A DNA stretch of 61,822 bases, the filler included, from Basidiobolus meristosporus CBS 931.73 (Eukaryota > Fungi > Basidiobolomycota), in NCBI GenBank assembly GCA_002104905.1. It is 3 parts of 3 records of this genome, joined end to end, with 100 filler letters (N's around TTAATTAATTAA, not from the genome) between each part and the next. Parts side by side here need not be neighbours in the genome. Positions count along the whole stretch, not along the records: positions 1 to 19,662 come from MCFE01001027.1; 2 more parts are not named here. One strand, written 5' to 3'. Of the stretch, positions 1 through 13,376 are shown in pieces. Both the position numbers and the translations under genes were made by a program. Each line of letters opens with the position of its first letter. The stretch's first letter is position 1. The notes beneath the pieces were generated by a model, which saw only the letters and a program-made list of their open reading frames with translations, was not told where the DNA came from and did no database searches.

Positions 1-151
1 CAGCTTGACCCCAGGGAGCTGTTGTTGGTAGAATATTTACCACTGAGCAGGAGTTAAACAGACTGTTGTATCCAAAAGAAAGGTGCAATGAAAACTCATA
101 AATGGTCTCACTGAACCAAAGGTACAAATCAAATGCAGAATCTTAGAGCTG

Positions 152-376
152 TCACAGTATGACAGAAATATTAGCAGAATGGTTCTGGTCTAATATTGGT
201 CTTGGATATAGCTGAGTTTGGCTATAGAGGCAACAGAGTTGGTTTGCCATGCAAGCCAGGCTTGGTATTTGTGGGAGCTCTAGATATGCTAAGCTTGGGT
301 AGAAACTAGAACACAATTGCTGAATTCTTAATTTTGTTGAGACACACATTGAACCATGGGGCTCAGTAAGCTGCAT
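152..376 (-). mobile_element. Degenerate Ty1/copia reverse-transcriptase remnant
   Basis: Translation IPSLACMANQLCCLYSQTQLYPRPIL loosely resembles copia RT 'Y.S.VGSL.Y....RPDI'; the region is almost free of CpG. Confidence 0.35.
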
Positions 377-606
377 TTAAGCATTTCTGATCAAGTTTCA
401 TTAGTAAGCACCAAGAGACTGGATTAATTGAAATCAATATGAATGTCAATAGTAAGATGAGAAAAAAGATAATTCATCTTCAATTAACAGATGTCATGGC
501 AACTGCTCAATGATTTGATTGATCTCAGATGACTTATCACCTGCAAAGGTGTGGCAGTTCAGCTGATACTATAATGATCAAATGAAAAAGGATCAGGTAT
601 GATAGC

Positions 607-944
607 TGTTGCAATATTTTGAGGAGTATGTGGAAAATTAGATGATTTACATGTTTCTCACTTGTTGATTTAATGATCCAAAATATGATGACTAAACTTC
701 TGATAAAGTAAGGCAAGCAAATATATAGAGATTGAAAAGATAGGTCCTAAGAATATGTGTGCAGAGTCTGGAGGCTTTTGGACAACTCTGGGAAAGGTCA
801 CAATCTGGATACCTGATTATTTAGTAAGAATATTCCAAGTAATCCCAACAAGAAGTTTAACCAAGACAAAATGCTAATCACAGAATAAGATCTTTGTGAC
901 TGAATTAGCATTGGTATTTAGGTGACAACTCAATAGTTACATCA
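607..944 (-). mobile_element. Solo LTR (copia family, divergent subfamily)
   Basis: TGTTGCAA...TTACATCA termini; 5-bp TSD ATAGC at 602-606 and 945-949; similar to the LTR at 60909-61247. Confidence 0.8.
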
Positions 945-1256
945 ATAGCTAGAGTAGATTCTGAGATTAGATAAAATAACTCATGCCTGGAATTAATTAT
1001 ATTTTGGTTAGGGAAATTCAGTGTGGGTACTAGATTTTCTACCTTTGAAGAATTGGCTGAGCTCAAATGTAGATACACTACAACTCTTCCTCCCAGAAGA
1101 GGTCTTTCTGACTTCTTCTGGGCTCCTCTGCAGCTCCAATACTGCTTAACAGTGGCAACTTCATCAATGCAGGTGTAAGGTTCCCTGGTGTTGTATATTG
1201 TATCATAACCTATGCACTTGCCTATTTGAAGGCAATTTGATTCTTCTCTGCCACCC

Positions 1257-3400
1257 TATGAGAAATCTTAGACTTGGAATTCATCTGATTTTCAGCTGGT
1301 ATTCAAATGGTATTTTGCTGGTATTCAGCTGGTGTTTTTGGTTCAAAATTTCAAATGCAATTTTTGACAGAAGTAATGGGCACCTAATTGCCAAATTTGG
1401 CATGGATGCTAGTTGGCCTAGTCTCCTCCTGGAGAGTTTGTTTGCTTGCCTGCTCATGAGCTGACAACAGAGATGTGGAGAGTTGTCAATTTTGAGAAAC
1501 ATGGAATTCAGCTGATATTAGGATGGTAATTTGCTGGCCTTTTCTTAATTTTTCTCTTACGGCTGTGATTCACAGTAGCTTCAGCTTCTTAGGATTTCAA
1601 TGCAACTGGGTCTAGAGATGTAGGTTTGAGTGAAGAAGGTGGATACATCTTGGGCAGTAGTGTTCCAATGTTTTCTTGAAGTATGTATGATCCTCCAGTG
1701 GTGCATCTGACAACCATGAATGGACCCTCATACTTTGGGCCAGGCTTGGATTGTTGGTACAGATCTGGTGTCATGGCAAATGATCCATCAGAGAAGTCAC
1801 TATTCCTATGTATTGAGGAATACACTGAGGGCATCTTTTGTTGAGAAGCTTAACTTCTGGTACTGATAGCATGGTAGGCTTTGTTGACAAGGTACTGAAG
1901 TTGGCTCTTCAACATGCCTGTCTTAAAATTGGAGAACTCTGTACTCTTATAATTGTTGAAGTGATTGGAGCATCTTTCAGGCCTCACAGAAAATTGTGCC
2001 AATTCATCAAGAGCATCAGCTTTAGTGTTGATAGCATATTATTCAGTATGAATATAGTTGTCCCAATTCTTCTTGATACCTTTGATAGATTTTGTGATGA
2101 TGTTCAATGAGGTCTGGGCATATCTTTCTGCAAGCCCATTTACCTTGGGATGATAAGGACTGATCAGATAGTGGTCAATACTACTATTTGGGCAAAGGGT
2201 TTTAACCAAATAATTTGCAAATTCTTTTTTGTTATTTAATTGAATGATTTTGGGGAATTTCAAAAGGTAGAAGTGCTTGAGTAGTGCATATGCAATTGTG
2301 ACTACATACTATCTGTGAGCACTTTGAGGAACACAAACTGTGTGCAGAAGTCTGATATTACATAGAGGTAGTGAATATCATCATCACCTATAGCAAAAGA
2401 ACCAGTTAGATTGATTGCTATATGATCCATAGGAAGGCTTATATATATGGAACTCAAAGGGTGAAATCCATGGTGGCTGAAATTGTAAAGCTGACATTTT
2501 CAACCAGACTTGCCAATTCTTGAAAGTCAGCTTTGATATTTAGCCAGTGATATCCATTGCAGTGAAACTTCTTCATTAGTGTGTTAGCTCCAAAGTGGCC
2601 AAGCAAATGACTCCTGGGTATCAAGGTTTTCCTTGCTTCTGCAGATGAGATTTTCCAGGTTGCTAGATCCAGTTGAGGAGCTATTTTGGAAGTTGTAGTG
2701 AGTGTACTGTTATATCAAGAATCACATGTCCCTCTCAAGGTAAAGTTGGAAAGAGTCCTGAAAGATGGTTAGGCAGGATGATGAGAATTGCAGGGCAATG
2801 AAAAACTGTATATTTCTAATCAAGTAGAGAACTAGCCAATAGGTTAGCATAGGAGTCAGAGTCTTTTGGCTGCAGATACATACAAGGGCTTGGTGATCTA
2901 TGCATAGTGTAAAAGGGATACCTCATAGATACTGGTGAAACCTCCTTAAGGCAAAGACTATTGCAAGTAGCTCCTTCTTGGTGGTAGTGTTGCTTCACTC
3001 AGCAGACTGTAGTGATCATGCTTGGGAAGATATCCAGTCAGGTGAGTTTTGAAGCATCCAATGGACACTATTCCTGCTAAAGACAGTCTTGTGCTGGTGA
3101 TCCAGATAGATCTGAAATTGGTGATGTGCATCCTTTAAGTCCAGCTTGGAGGAAAATTTTGCCTCTGACTGTAAGGAAAAATAACCTGGATTCTTAAGAT
3201 GTAAAACTTGGCATCTTGGAGAGTTTTGCTCACTGCTATGATGTTGCCAACAGGGGTCCACATCAAGATTGTCAAAATGCAGTCAAGTTTCTTGTCATCT
3301 GAGGCAATTGCATATATTGGCCGGTTAGTTATATTAACAAAATGCAGACTGCATTAAGACTACAAGTAGCATGCAAGTCCTGCTAAATATCCTTCAGAGC
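1257..3400 (-). mobile_element. Degenerate Ty3/gypsy element (RT, RNase H, integrase, 3' region)
   Basis: Fragments LDLKDAHHQF (RT), SPYHPKVNGLAER (integrase core), GPFMVVR...SYIL (GPY/F) in gypsy order; many stops and frameshifts; outer boundaries approximate. Confidence 0.8.
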
Positions 3401-3589
3401 ACTGTCAAGTTTATTACTTAGTTTAGCAGTAAAGCCATTGTAATCCCATGATCAGATTGTGGAGAGGGTAAAGAATCCTAAGCTGCCAGCATTATTACAG
3501 CCTCATCATGAGATCTTTACAGCTGATCTAGATTAGATCCTCCTATAAAACTGAATGATTCTTCATACTAATCCTGTTCATGTTGATGA

Positions 3590-4338
3590 GCATCAGGCAA
3601 TACCAGAGGCCCTTGGTAGCTTTCAGACAAAACTCTGGTAATTGGCAATGACTAAGGGATATTACATCCTGATGGAAAATAAAATGTGAAGCCTGGGCAA
3701 TATACCAATCAACTGCATATCAATTGGATGCAGGTGGGTCTTCATTACAAGATACAAGGTTTATGCTACAGCTAAAAGACACAAAGCAAGCCTTGCAGCT
3801 AAACAAGACTCTAAGATAGTAGAGCCGGATCACACAGACACCTTGGCACAGGTAGCAAAACTCACATCTGACATACAATATTTGCAGTTGCAGCCAAGTA
3901 CAGACTCTTGCCTCATTATATAGACTTGGAAACTCTATGTCTGAGTGGTAAGCCTGCTATGGGCAAGTATATAGATCAGCATGATTGACTTATTATTATG
4001 ACAACCCCCATCTGGCTTGCAAGCTCAAAAAATATTTATACAGTTGCAGGCAATAGCAAGAGCTTGGAATTAAAGTATAGACACTTATATAGAGTTCCTG
4101 AATTTCCAAAGATATACAGCCTACCATAATATCTCTTATGTTGCAGGTGAAGTTATTGCAGCTCTATTAGCTTTTGCATGAGTGATCTGATTGTAGCCAC
4201 CATCAACCTTAAAAAGACTAAAGCATATCTCTATAATTCAGATGTCTGATCTAGGTGAGCCAATTTCCTACTAAAGAATACCATTCCCCATATATAAAGC
4301 AGCCAAAACCATCCCCTTAAGCCAGTCCAAGTATTTTC
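3590..4338 (+). mobile_element. Degenerate copia RT remnant
   Basis: Reads as LMENKM.SLGNIPINCISIGCRWVF.TRYK, homologous to the RT start of the intact copia at 48712-51852; boundaries approximate. Confidence 0.6.
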
Positions 4339-4470
4339 TATTGTAAAAGTCTTGGAGATATTGGAAGTGATTGGGAGAACAAGTAGATTGTAAGGTTTTC
4401 AGTTAATGATTTATTGCATGTAAAAATAATATTTATACTTTTACATGGGCTTGGCAAACAAACATGTGAG
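4339..4470 (-). mobile_element. Truncated copia LTR, interrupted by the element starting at 4471
   Basis: GTCTTGGAGATATTGGAAGTGATTGGGAGAACAAGTAGATT matches the start of LTR 48351-48700, then breaks off at the next TGTTGTAA. Confidence 0.75.
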
Positions 4471-7400
4471 TGTTGTAAGAATTTGTAATTCCACCTAAAT
4501 ATTTACCTAACTTGGTCACTTGGACTGTTACCTACATATCCTATAGAATACTGACCAAATTCCTTGTTGGGATTTGCTTAGAATATTTTCACCAAAATAT
4601 CTGGTGCCCAGAACATGAAAATTCTCAAAGTTGTCCAAACAGCCCCATACTTTGCACCCATGTTCTTGGGACCTTCCTAAGCTTATTTTTGTATTTGCTA
4701 TACCACGACTAGGTAAAAGTATAAATACCATGCTAAAATTCTATCAATCATTAAGTGATAGCCACATAAGCTACTTGTTCTCCCAATCACTTCCAATGTC
4801 TCCAAGGCTTTTACAACAGGCTATGAGCCCTGAGCTGTTACTCACTGAAATGTCTACCACTGCTATTACTGCAACCTTCCCTCTCCTGAAAATTGGGATG
4901 GATCTAACTATCAAGTGTGGAAGGTGACAGTAAGATGCTGCTACAAGAAAGAGGCCTTTGGATATTGCCATGGGAGAAGAATGCCCTCCTAAGAAAGTAG
5001 GAGAGGAAGCCTTAATGTATTAGAAGAAAGAACAAAGTGCTTTTAGCTGCATTTGCCTTAGTTTCAAAGACAAAATGCTAATTCTATGCTCAAGAGCAAA
5101 AACATCAAAGAATGCCTGGAAGAGATTAGAAGTCACATACCAGTCATGTTCAGCTGCTAAGGGAATGTATCTTAGACAAATATTCTTCACTACAAAGATG
5201 CTGCCAGAAGAAGATATGAAAAATCAAATTTACAGAATTACCCAGCTGGTGGATGAGATGGAATCTGTGGGCATACTAACTACTGATGAAGATGTGATAG
5301 TCACCAACATGAATTACCTTACCAACAAGATTCAATGCCTTGTATCAGCTGTAGAGTCAAGAACTGAAGAGTTGACATTAAATTACATATATTGAAGGCT
5401 CCTGCATGAAAATTAAAGCAAATCAAATGTCAACAAGATGGAAGAAGAAAATGCTCCAATAAGCAATGATAACCAGCAGAGGAGGTACCCAAGACCCTTT
5501 CAAGGCAATAGCAGCCTGTTTTGCAACTACTGCAAACGGAAAGGGCACACATCAGACCAGTGCATTAATAAGAAAGCTAGTCAGCAGAAAAAGCCTCTAT
5601 ATGGAATTGCTGCAGCAACTGAAGATAGACTTGATATATACACTAAGTATGATCACAAACAAGAATTCTCAGATATGGTATATTGACTTGGGAGCATCTC
5701 AACACTTTACAAACCAAAAAATACTTTTTACTCAATGTCAAGAAATTCCAGTTAGGAGCAAATTCATGTGTAACAATTGAACACTTTATGCAGTGGCAGT
5801 AGGATTTATTCAAGTAAACCTTGCAGTGAAGAAGGAAATACATTTACCTTCAAAAAATACTCTATGTACCAGAAATAGCCAAGAGCCTACTATTTGTAAC
5901 CAAGGCTATTGCAGAAGGACTCAGTTTCAGCTTTGATAATCTGGATGCAGGATCACTGATGAAAATGGTGCCTATGTTGCTTTGGGTTTCAGAAATCAGA
6001 ATCTATAGAAGTTGACTTATATTTCATCATATCAGGAATCCAATATTAGTGGCTTAAAAGCAAATACACCAAAGCTTTGGCACAGGAGATTTGGACAGAT
6101 TAATTTTGATTATTTGCACAAAGTGATCTAAGATTTGCTAACTTCAAGAGTCAAAATTGATCTCCCAACTAGTTTGGAGCACTGTGAAGCATGCATATAT
6201 GGGGAACAAGCCAGAAAACCAATTAAGAGCTCTGATATAATCAAAACTAAGAAGAAATTATATCTAATTTACTCAGATCTATGTGGACCTATGCATGAAT
6301 TATACTTAGGCAGAATGAAGTATTTAAGCACTTTTACTGAAGATGAAACAAGAGGCACAGGGGTCTACTTCATGGAGAGAAAGGAAGAAGCACTGTCTAA
6401 GCTTAGGGAGTTTAGAGCCATGGTGGTGAGAGAAAATGTTGAAAAAATCAAGTATATGATCCATGATCAAACATCATCCTATGATTTTTGGGCAAAATTG
6501 GTTGCCACAGCTGTATACCTTAAAAATAGGAGTTACAACAGAATACTTTGTGAATCTGCCCCATTTGAACCATGGTATCAATACAGACTTATGTTTGACA
6601 AATATTCAAAATGTACACAAAAAACGGTATCAGATTATGACAAAAATCTGATCTCAAATCTACCAGTAGTCAGGATTCAATTGGAACAAAACTATGAGAT
6701 TTCTTTTCACTCTAGAGGACTCAACAACCATAGATCAGCTCTAGTCAGTGCCCAGGTATATTTCAGAAGTAATCATTTCAGTATCACAAGCCAGGAGATC
6801 CAATGGACCAGATATAACCCATATTACCATAGCAATAAGGGTACAAGCTTAGCCTATGCCTATTTAGTCCATATTGCTGAACCCCAGACTGTAAAAGAGG
6901 CCCTAAGTTGCCCTCAGATAAAGTTTTGGAGATCTGCAAGGACTGAGGAGTATCAGGCCCTGATGGAAAGTAAAACTTGGGATTTAGTTAAATTACCAAT
7001 CATCTGGAAATCAATTGGATGTAAATCAGTCTTCAAGACAAAATATAAGGCTGATGTTACAATTCAACAATACAAAGTAAGACTTGTGGCCAAAGAATAC
7101 TCTCAAATAAAAGGACTTGACTTTACTGAGATCTTTGCAGCAGTAGCCAAGTTTAATTCCATCAAATTAATATTGGTTACATCAGCCATATAACAATTTC
7201 TTTTACATCAAATGGATGAGAAACTGCATTTCTGAGTCAGGAACTTGATGAAGACATGTACATGAACCAGCCTGTTGGGTATTCTGATCAGGATAACCCC
7301 CATTTGGTCAGCAAGCTTAAAAATTTCTACATGGTCTCAAATAATTACCAATAGCCTGGAATTGCAAGATAGATTCTTATTTGGAATCTTTCAGTTTCAA

Positions 7401-8238
7401 AGGGGTACTGCTGACTATGGCATATACTATAAGCCAGATAGAGCAAATCCACCTCTACTAGCTCAATATGTGGATGATCTTATTATAACTGCTGTTAACC
7501 AAGAAACATTAGAAGAGACCAAACTATGCCTATCCAAGGAGTTTGAGATTTCCAATCTGGGAGAAATCAGTTACTACTTAGGGATAAAGTTCTCCATAGA
7601 CACAAGTACCCAGTCTATCACTCTAAACCAATCCAAGTACAATCAAGATATACTAAGGAAGTACCAAATGGAAGACTGTAAACCAGCGGCTACCCCAATG
7701 GAGACAAACCTTAACTTGGTCAAAACTCAGCCAATTCATGAGAGCTTGGTGCCATCTGAAAGCCCTAACTTTTCTTATCAATCTATAGCTGGCAGTCTGA
7801 TGTATATCATGCCTGGGAGACATCCTGATATCTTATACTCAGTGTGAGCTGTCAGCCAGCATAACCAGATATATGGATCTGATCATATTGCAGCAGTTAA
7901 ATGGATCTTAAGATACCCAGAAGGAGCTGCTGATATCTGCTTAAGGTGTACCTCTAAGGATTTAGAGCAGGATCTTGTAGGGTACTCTGATACTGATTGG
8001 GGGCAAAATTTAGAAGACAGAAGATCCACCACAGGACACATCTGTCTGTACTGAAAAGGAGCAATTTTCATGGAATGCAAGAAAGGAACCAACTGTAGCA
8101 CTTTCCACCACAGAGGCAGAGTATATGGCAGTCTTTGAAGCAACAAAGCGGCAATGTAGTTAAGAAAGCTTTTGAGATTTAGGCTTATGTCATAAAACAC
8201 ATATTACTTTATTTCAAGATAATCAAGGATTTATATCA
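4471..8238 (+). mobile_element. Decayed copia element: 5' LTR 4471-4818, PBS, gag-pol remnants, 3' end lost
   Basis: LTR TGTTGTAA...TTACAACA; PBS GGCTATGAGCCC at 4819; gag ATG at 4850 (MSTTAI); zinc knuckle CNYCKRKGHTSDQC; IYSDLCGP (integrase); YVDDL (RT). Collinear with the copia at 48351-53037 but with stops and internal deletions. Confidence 0.9.
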
Positions 8239-8912
8239 GTAGCTACCAGTTTACAGATATCCTTATGGTACTGCTTAATTATATTCTGAATATGTTGTAA
8301 TAATCTGTAAATCCTTCTAAATACCCACTTAACTTGGTCACTTCAATTATTACCTGTAAATCTCAGAGAATACTGACCAAATTACTTGTGAGGATTTACT
8401 CAGAATATTTTCACCAAAATATCTGGTACCCTGAACATGAAAATTAGACAAGTTGTCCAAACAGCCCCAGACTTTGCACACATGTTCTTGGGGCATTCCT
8501 AAGCCTATTCTATGCTCTAAGAGTCTTGGAGCCATTTGAAGTTATTGGGGGAGCAAATAGATTATATGGTTTTTACTTAATGATTTATTGAATGTAAAAG
8601 TTGTATTTATACTTTACATGATCCTGGAATAGCAAGCACAAGAAATTGGCTTAGGAGTGTCCCAAGAGCATGTGTGCAAAGTCTGAGGTGTTTGGACAAC
8701 TTGTCTAATTTTCATGCTCAGGGTACCAGATATTTTGGTGAAAATATTCTGAGTAAATCCTCACAAGTAATTTGGTCAGTATTCTCTAAGATTTACAGGT
8801 AATAATAGAAGTGACCAAGCTTGGTGAATATCAGGAGGATTTACAAATCTTAACAACGTATTCAGGATATAACTAAGAAGTACCATAAGGATCATTGTAA
8901 GCTGGCAGCTAC
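8239..8912. repeat. Fold-back inverted repeat (~272-bp arms 8239-8510 and ~8641-8912)
   Basis: Arms are reverse complements across the LTR part and across 54 bp of flanking RT sequence (8 mismatches in 54 by hand alignment). Confidence 0.8.
8513..8858 (-). mobile_element. Solo copia LTR
   Basis: Full-length homolog of LTR 48351-48700 with degenerate termini (TGCTCTAAG...AACAACG). Confidence 0.75.
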
Positions 8913-9840
8913 CCCAATGGGCACTAACTCTAACTTGGTCAAACACAAACAAACCATGAGAGCTAGGTGCCAATTGAAAGTCTAGACAACCCTTATCAGT
9001 CTAAGGTTGGCAGTTTGATGCATATCAAGCTGGGAAAATGACCAGATATCTGAAAATCAGCAGGAGTTGTCAGTCTGCATAATTAGAACTAGGATTGGAT
9101 CTCATGGCAGCAGTTAAGCAGTTATTTATATACATACAAGGAATTGTCAATATCTGCTTAAGATGCTCGGGAAGGACTCAGAGAAGGTTCTTTTTGGGAT
9201 ATATTGAGGAAGATTGAGGGCAAAATTCAAAGGGCAGAAGAACAACCACAGGATTTGTTGAAAGAGTCTTGGAGATATATTAGAAGTGATTGGGGGAACA
9301 AGTAGATTATGTGGTTTTCACTTAATGATTTATTTGATATAAAAGTAGTATTTTTACTTTTAATTGGTCTTGGCACAATAGACACCTAGAATAGGCTTAG
9401 GAAGATCCCAACAACATATGTGCAAAGTTTGGGGCTGTTTGGACAACTTAACTAATTCTCATGTTTGGGGAACCTGCTATTTTGGTGAAAATATTCCAAG
9501 TAAGTCCCAACAAGAAGTTTGGTCAGTATTCTATAGGATATGAGGTAATAATCTGAGTGACCAAGTTATGTGAATATTTTGGTGGAACTCCAAATTATAC
9601 AATGGGATTCACCTTTCTTGAGTGTAAAGGGGCAACCTCATGGTATTCAAGAGGTTATTCAACCTTAGCACTTTTCACCACAGAGGCAGAATATTTGGCT
9701 GTCTGTGAGGCTACAAATGAAGTAACATGGCTAAGAAAGTTCCTTGAAGACTTGGATTGATGCCAAGAATGCTCTGCCTCTATATTTCAGGATAAACAAG
9801 GATATGTGCAGTCATGTAGAAATCCAACAGCCACTTTACA
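8859..9840 (+). mobile_element. Older copia RT/RNase H remnant interrupted by a solo LTR
   Basis: Removing 9256-9604 and one TSD copy restores ..TTGFTFLECKGATSW..STLALFTTEAEYLA, matching copia RNase H STTGY..W..TEAEY. Confidence 0.75.
9256..9604 (-). mobile_element. Solo copia LTR with TSD GGATT
   Basis: Homologous to LTR 48351-48700; GGATT at 9251-9255 and 9605-9609. Confidence 0.85.
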
Positions 9841-10569
9841 TAAAGCCTCCTTGTAGCTCAGCCATTGTATGCTAAGTGGTCAATGGTTGTCAAGTGGGAT
9901 AGTCAGTTCATGGACACTGTGTCACCCATGGCTCTATGTAGCACTAAACAAAGCAACAAGTCTAATTTGTAGAGTATTTTACATTTATAAGCTAATATCT
10001 AAGCAACTAAGCTAATATGATTACTCAGATATACCAGGCTTATAGCATTCCCACCTAGTTAGTTACTCATTTTAATCAGGCCTGATTTTTATTTAAGATA
10101 TTCTAGAGGAATGTATAGCCAGATATTAAGAAAGCACTGCTAGAAGAGGTCTATGTTTTTTATTAACTCAGTGAAAATTGAAATGCCAATCTCATCAATG
10201 ACAGCTTTTGATATGATATTTAGTGTCTCCAACTCTAGATATATTGGTGATAACAGACTTACAGCAGCAGCTGTAACTTGCATATTTGAGTGGATGATGT
10301 GAAATAAATATGTATAGTGGTATTTTGTAGAAAACCATTAACTACCCCTATTTCACTCTTAAGTGATCAGCCAATTATAATCACACGAATAGTGTTAGTA
10401 GTGGCAGCAGAAACAATCACGGGAACAGGATGGCAGTCACTATCTTGTTGATTTTCACGTGAATCATATCATTGGTTATGTAAAGATTAAATGAAGTCAC
10501 CAGTACGAAATCCAGCCATTTACCATCCACACTGAACCCCTCTTACCATCTCCGATCCTAAACCCTACC

Positions 10570-13150
10570 ATGCTAGAAGAAACCTCCCTGCTCGATTCAA
10601 AGCAAGGCCCGCTTGACCACGAAAACTCATTTTTCGGCTCGTTGAGCAGTATATTCAATGGGCTTTACGCTCAATGGACTCAGGTAACATCCCCATCATT
10701 GCCCCTGGCATTATAGAAAGGTTTTGTAAAGGCCATTATTTTCTGCGTAGAGCTTGCAACTTCCGACCAGCCAAAAGCGAGAGTCTGTGGCTTACTATGA
10801 GCATCTCCTGAACACTGCTACCTCCTACGATCAATGGGCGGCTGCCGCCTCCATGTTGGACCAAGTCACCGGTCTGTCTCTCAACGTAGCCTCAGTCCGT
10901 TAACCTTACTTACCAACCCCTACCGTTAGGAAAGGAGAAGTGGAAACACAAGGCAGCCTCACCCCATTACGACTATGGACTCATCCAAACAAAACTTGAG
11001 CAATTAAAAGGGGCCAGAGAGTCGGGGGATTTGTCTATGATCATCTTCTTATTAAGGACTAGCCTCTCGAGAAATATCGGGGAGATTGGCAAATCTATGG
11101 TAAACTGACCCGTATCCCCTTGACCTGATCGCTGAGAGTATTCACACCCTCCCTTATCTAGCTGTACGGCTACACCCACATCGGCACCAAGAAGCTCATC
11201 GACAGCTACATCGAAGAAGTGGTGAAGACCTTAAATATGGTGTGCGACACAGAGTGTGAGGATGTGTCAACCAAGATGAAATATGAATTCTTCACCAACA
11301 CCCGACAATCTTTCGGACGAACGGCGTTGATGCTGAGTGGAGGTGCTTCTTTTGGTAAAGCACAACCCATCCCCTCTTGTACCACATCATCTAACACCAT
11401 CCCTCCCTTTTCCCTCTCACAGGGCTGAACCACGTCGGGGTTTTGAAATGCCTGTACGAGCACAAGCTACTCCCAAGAATCATCTCGGGGGCATCGAGCG
11501 GGTCCATCATCGCGGCCATCATATGCACACACACCGAGGAAGAGTTTCTCATCAAGCTCAACCCAGACAAAATCAACCTGGTACCCCTCTCTCTCTCACC
11601 ACCAGCTCCTTTAACCTTTTTGACTGACTTGGCATTTCAGAATACCTTCGCGAGACCTGGCGACGATAATTCTTACTTCAAGCGGTTCTCTCGGTTCTTG
11701 AAACACGGTAGGCTCTAGGGACATTATCAATAGAATAGGTTAGGGTTGCGGTTAGTGACCATCGAACTCTATTGGCAGGCGTGCTGTTCGACGTAGAGGT
11801 GCTGGTGGAAATGCTGCGAGAGAATATTGGTGATTACACTTTTCTGGTCGGTGGGATTGGATTATATCTTGTCACGGGCTTCTATTCAATCGGATCTTCC
11901 AGGAAGCGTACAACCGAACCCGACGAATCCTGAACATTCCGGTCAGTTCCTCCACCGTGTACGAGATGCCCCGACTGCTAAATTATTTGACGGCACCTGA
12001 TGTGGTAAGCCTCTTCTCAACAAACTTATGGATGGAGTATTGAGTCATTTGTTGTGTAGATCATCTGGTCGGCAGTGTAAATATCCATCTAAATTATTCA
12101 GCACCCCCCTTCTCCACGAAACAGAGCCTGACTTTTGCTCGAATAGAGCGGCTTCCTGTGCTGTCCCATGTATATACAAATCTGCGCCACTTCTCGCCAA
12201 GGATAAGGCGGGAAACACCGTTCCTTGGGCACCCACCGGTTTGACTCCACTCCAGCATCCTTGGCACCTTTCTTGACGTACTGACGAGCATTCTTCAGGA
12301 CACAGATGCATCGATGGTTCCGTAGAAAAGTGAGTTGCTCTGCTCAGGCTCGCTTGACTCGCATCTAACCCCGATCCTCCTCCCTAGCGACCTGCCAATG
12401 AAGCGGCTTTCGGAGCTGTTCAACGTCAACCATTTCATTGTCTGTCAAGGTAGGGCTCGTTTATGACGCTTCTGTCGCGCTAGGACAATGAAATCATCCC
12501 CTCCAGTGAATCCCCACGTGATTCCGTTTATGCATAGAAGTCTTACCCCGTCCCCAGCTCGTCGCTTCGTCAACTGGGTTCTCAACCTCGCCTGTTCGGA
12601 GATTCAGCACCGAATGAACCAGGTAGGCTCCATTGTGTTGCCCATGATGAACATCTACTGAGGCACCCCCATAGCTCTATGAATTAGGGATCATGCGAAG
12701 CCTCTTCTATCGGCTAGAGGCGATCATGTCACAAAGGTACTCGGGCGACATTACGATAGTCCCGGACATCAAGTATATGGAATTCCTGAACGTCATAGAA
12801 AACCCCACGCCCCAGAACTTCCTTGACGCCATCTTGAGAGGGGAAAGAGCCATCTGGCCAAGTATCCTTTTTCCAAGACTCAGTTGGTGGAGTGTATGAG
12901 TGTATGCTTCACTAGGTGTTTCCTTCACTTGGTTGCTTCTGTAGAGATCTCGATCATCAAGAACCACTGTCAGATCGAGCTGTGTATCGACGAGATGATT
13001 TACCAGCTTCGCTTGCAAATGCTTGAAGAGAGCACCACCAATCAGGCCAAAGAATCCATCGAGACAAGGAAGACTCGCTCCTCGCTTCCTGGCGCCACCT
13101 ATCGCTCCTGCTCAGACTTCAAATCAGGATACGGCATGACCCACTCGTGA
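10570..13150 (+). CDS. Patatin-domain triacylglycerol lipase (TGL3/4/5, SDP1-like), multi-exon
   Basis: ALMLSGGASFG (glycine loop), IISGASSGS (GxSxG nucleophile), IDGS (DGx acid), YTHIGTKKLI, LFNVNHFIV.Q; many short GT-AG introns; start codon inferred. Confidence 0.88.
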
Positions 13151-13376
13151 TTTAGCTCGAACAATGCTATCAAGCAATGCTTCCCAGTTGTTTATCCATC
13201 TCGCTCCTAGAAAATCCGTGAATAAATCAGCATTTAAAACCGGATTTTTGGTTGGGGTTTTTCACTAGGTGAGGTGGGTGGGCAGGAGGGTGATCGTTCG
13301 TCATGTGATCCCCACCGCCGCTTGAAAAGGATGGATGGGTTCGTTGCTTCAAAAATTTCTTGCCGCCTATTGAACC

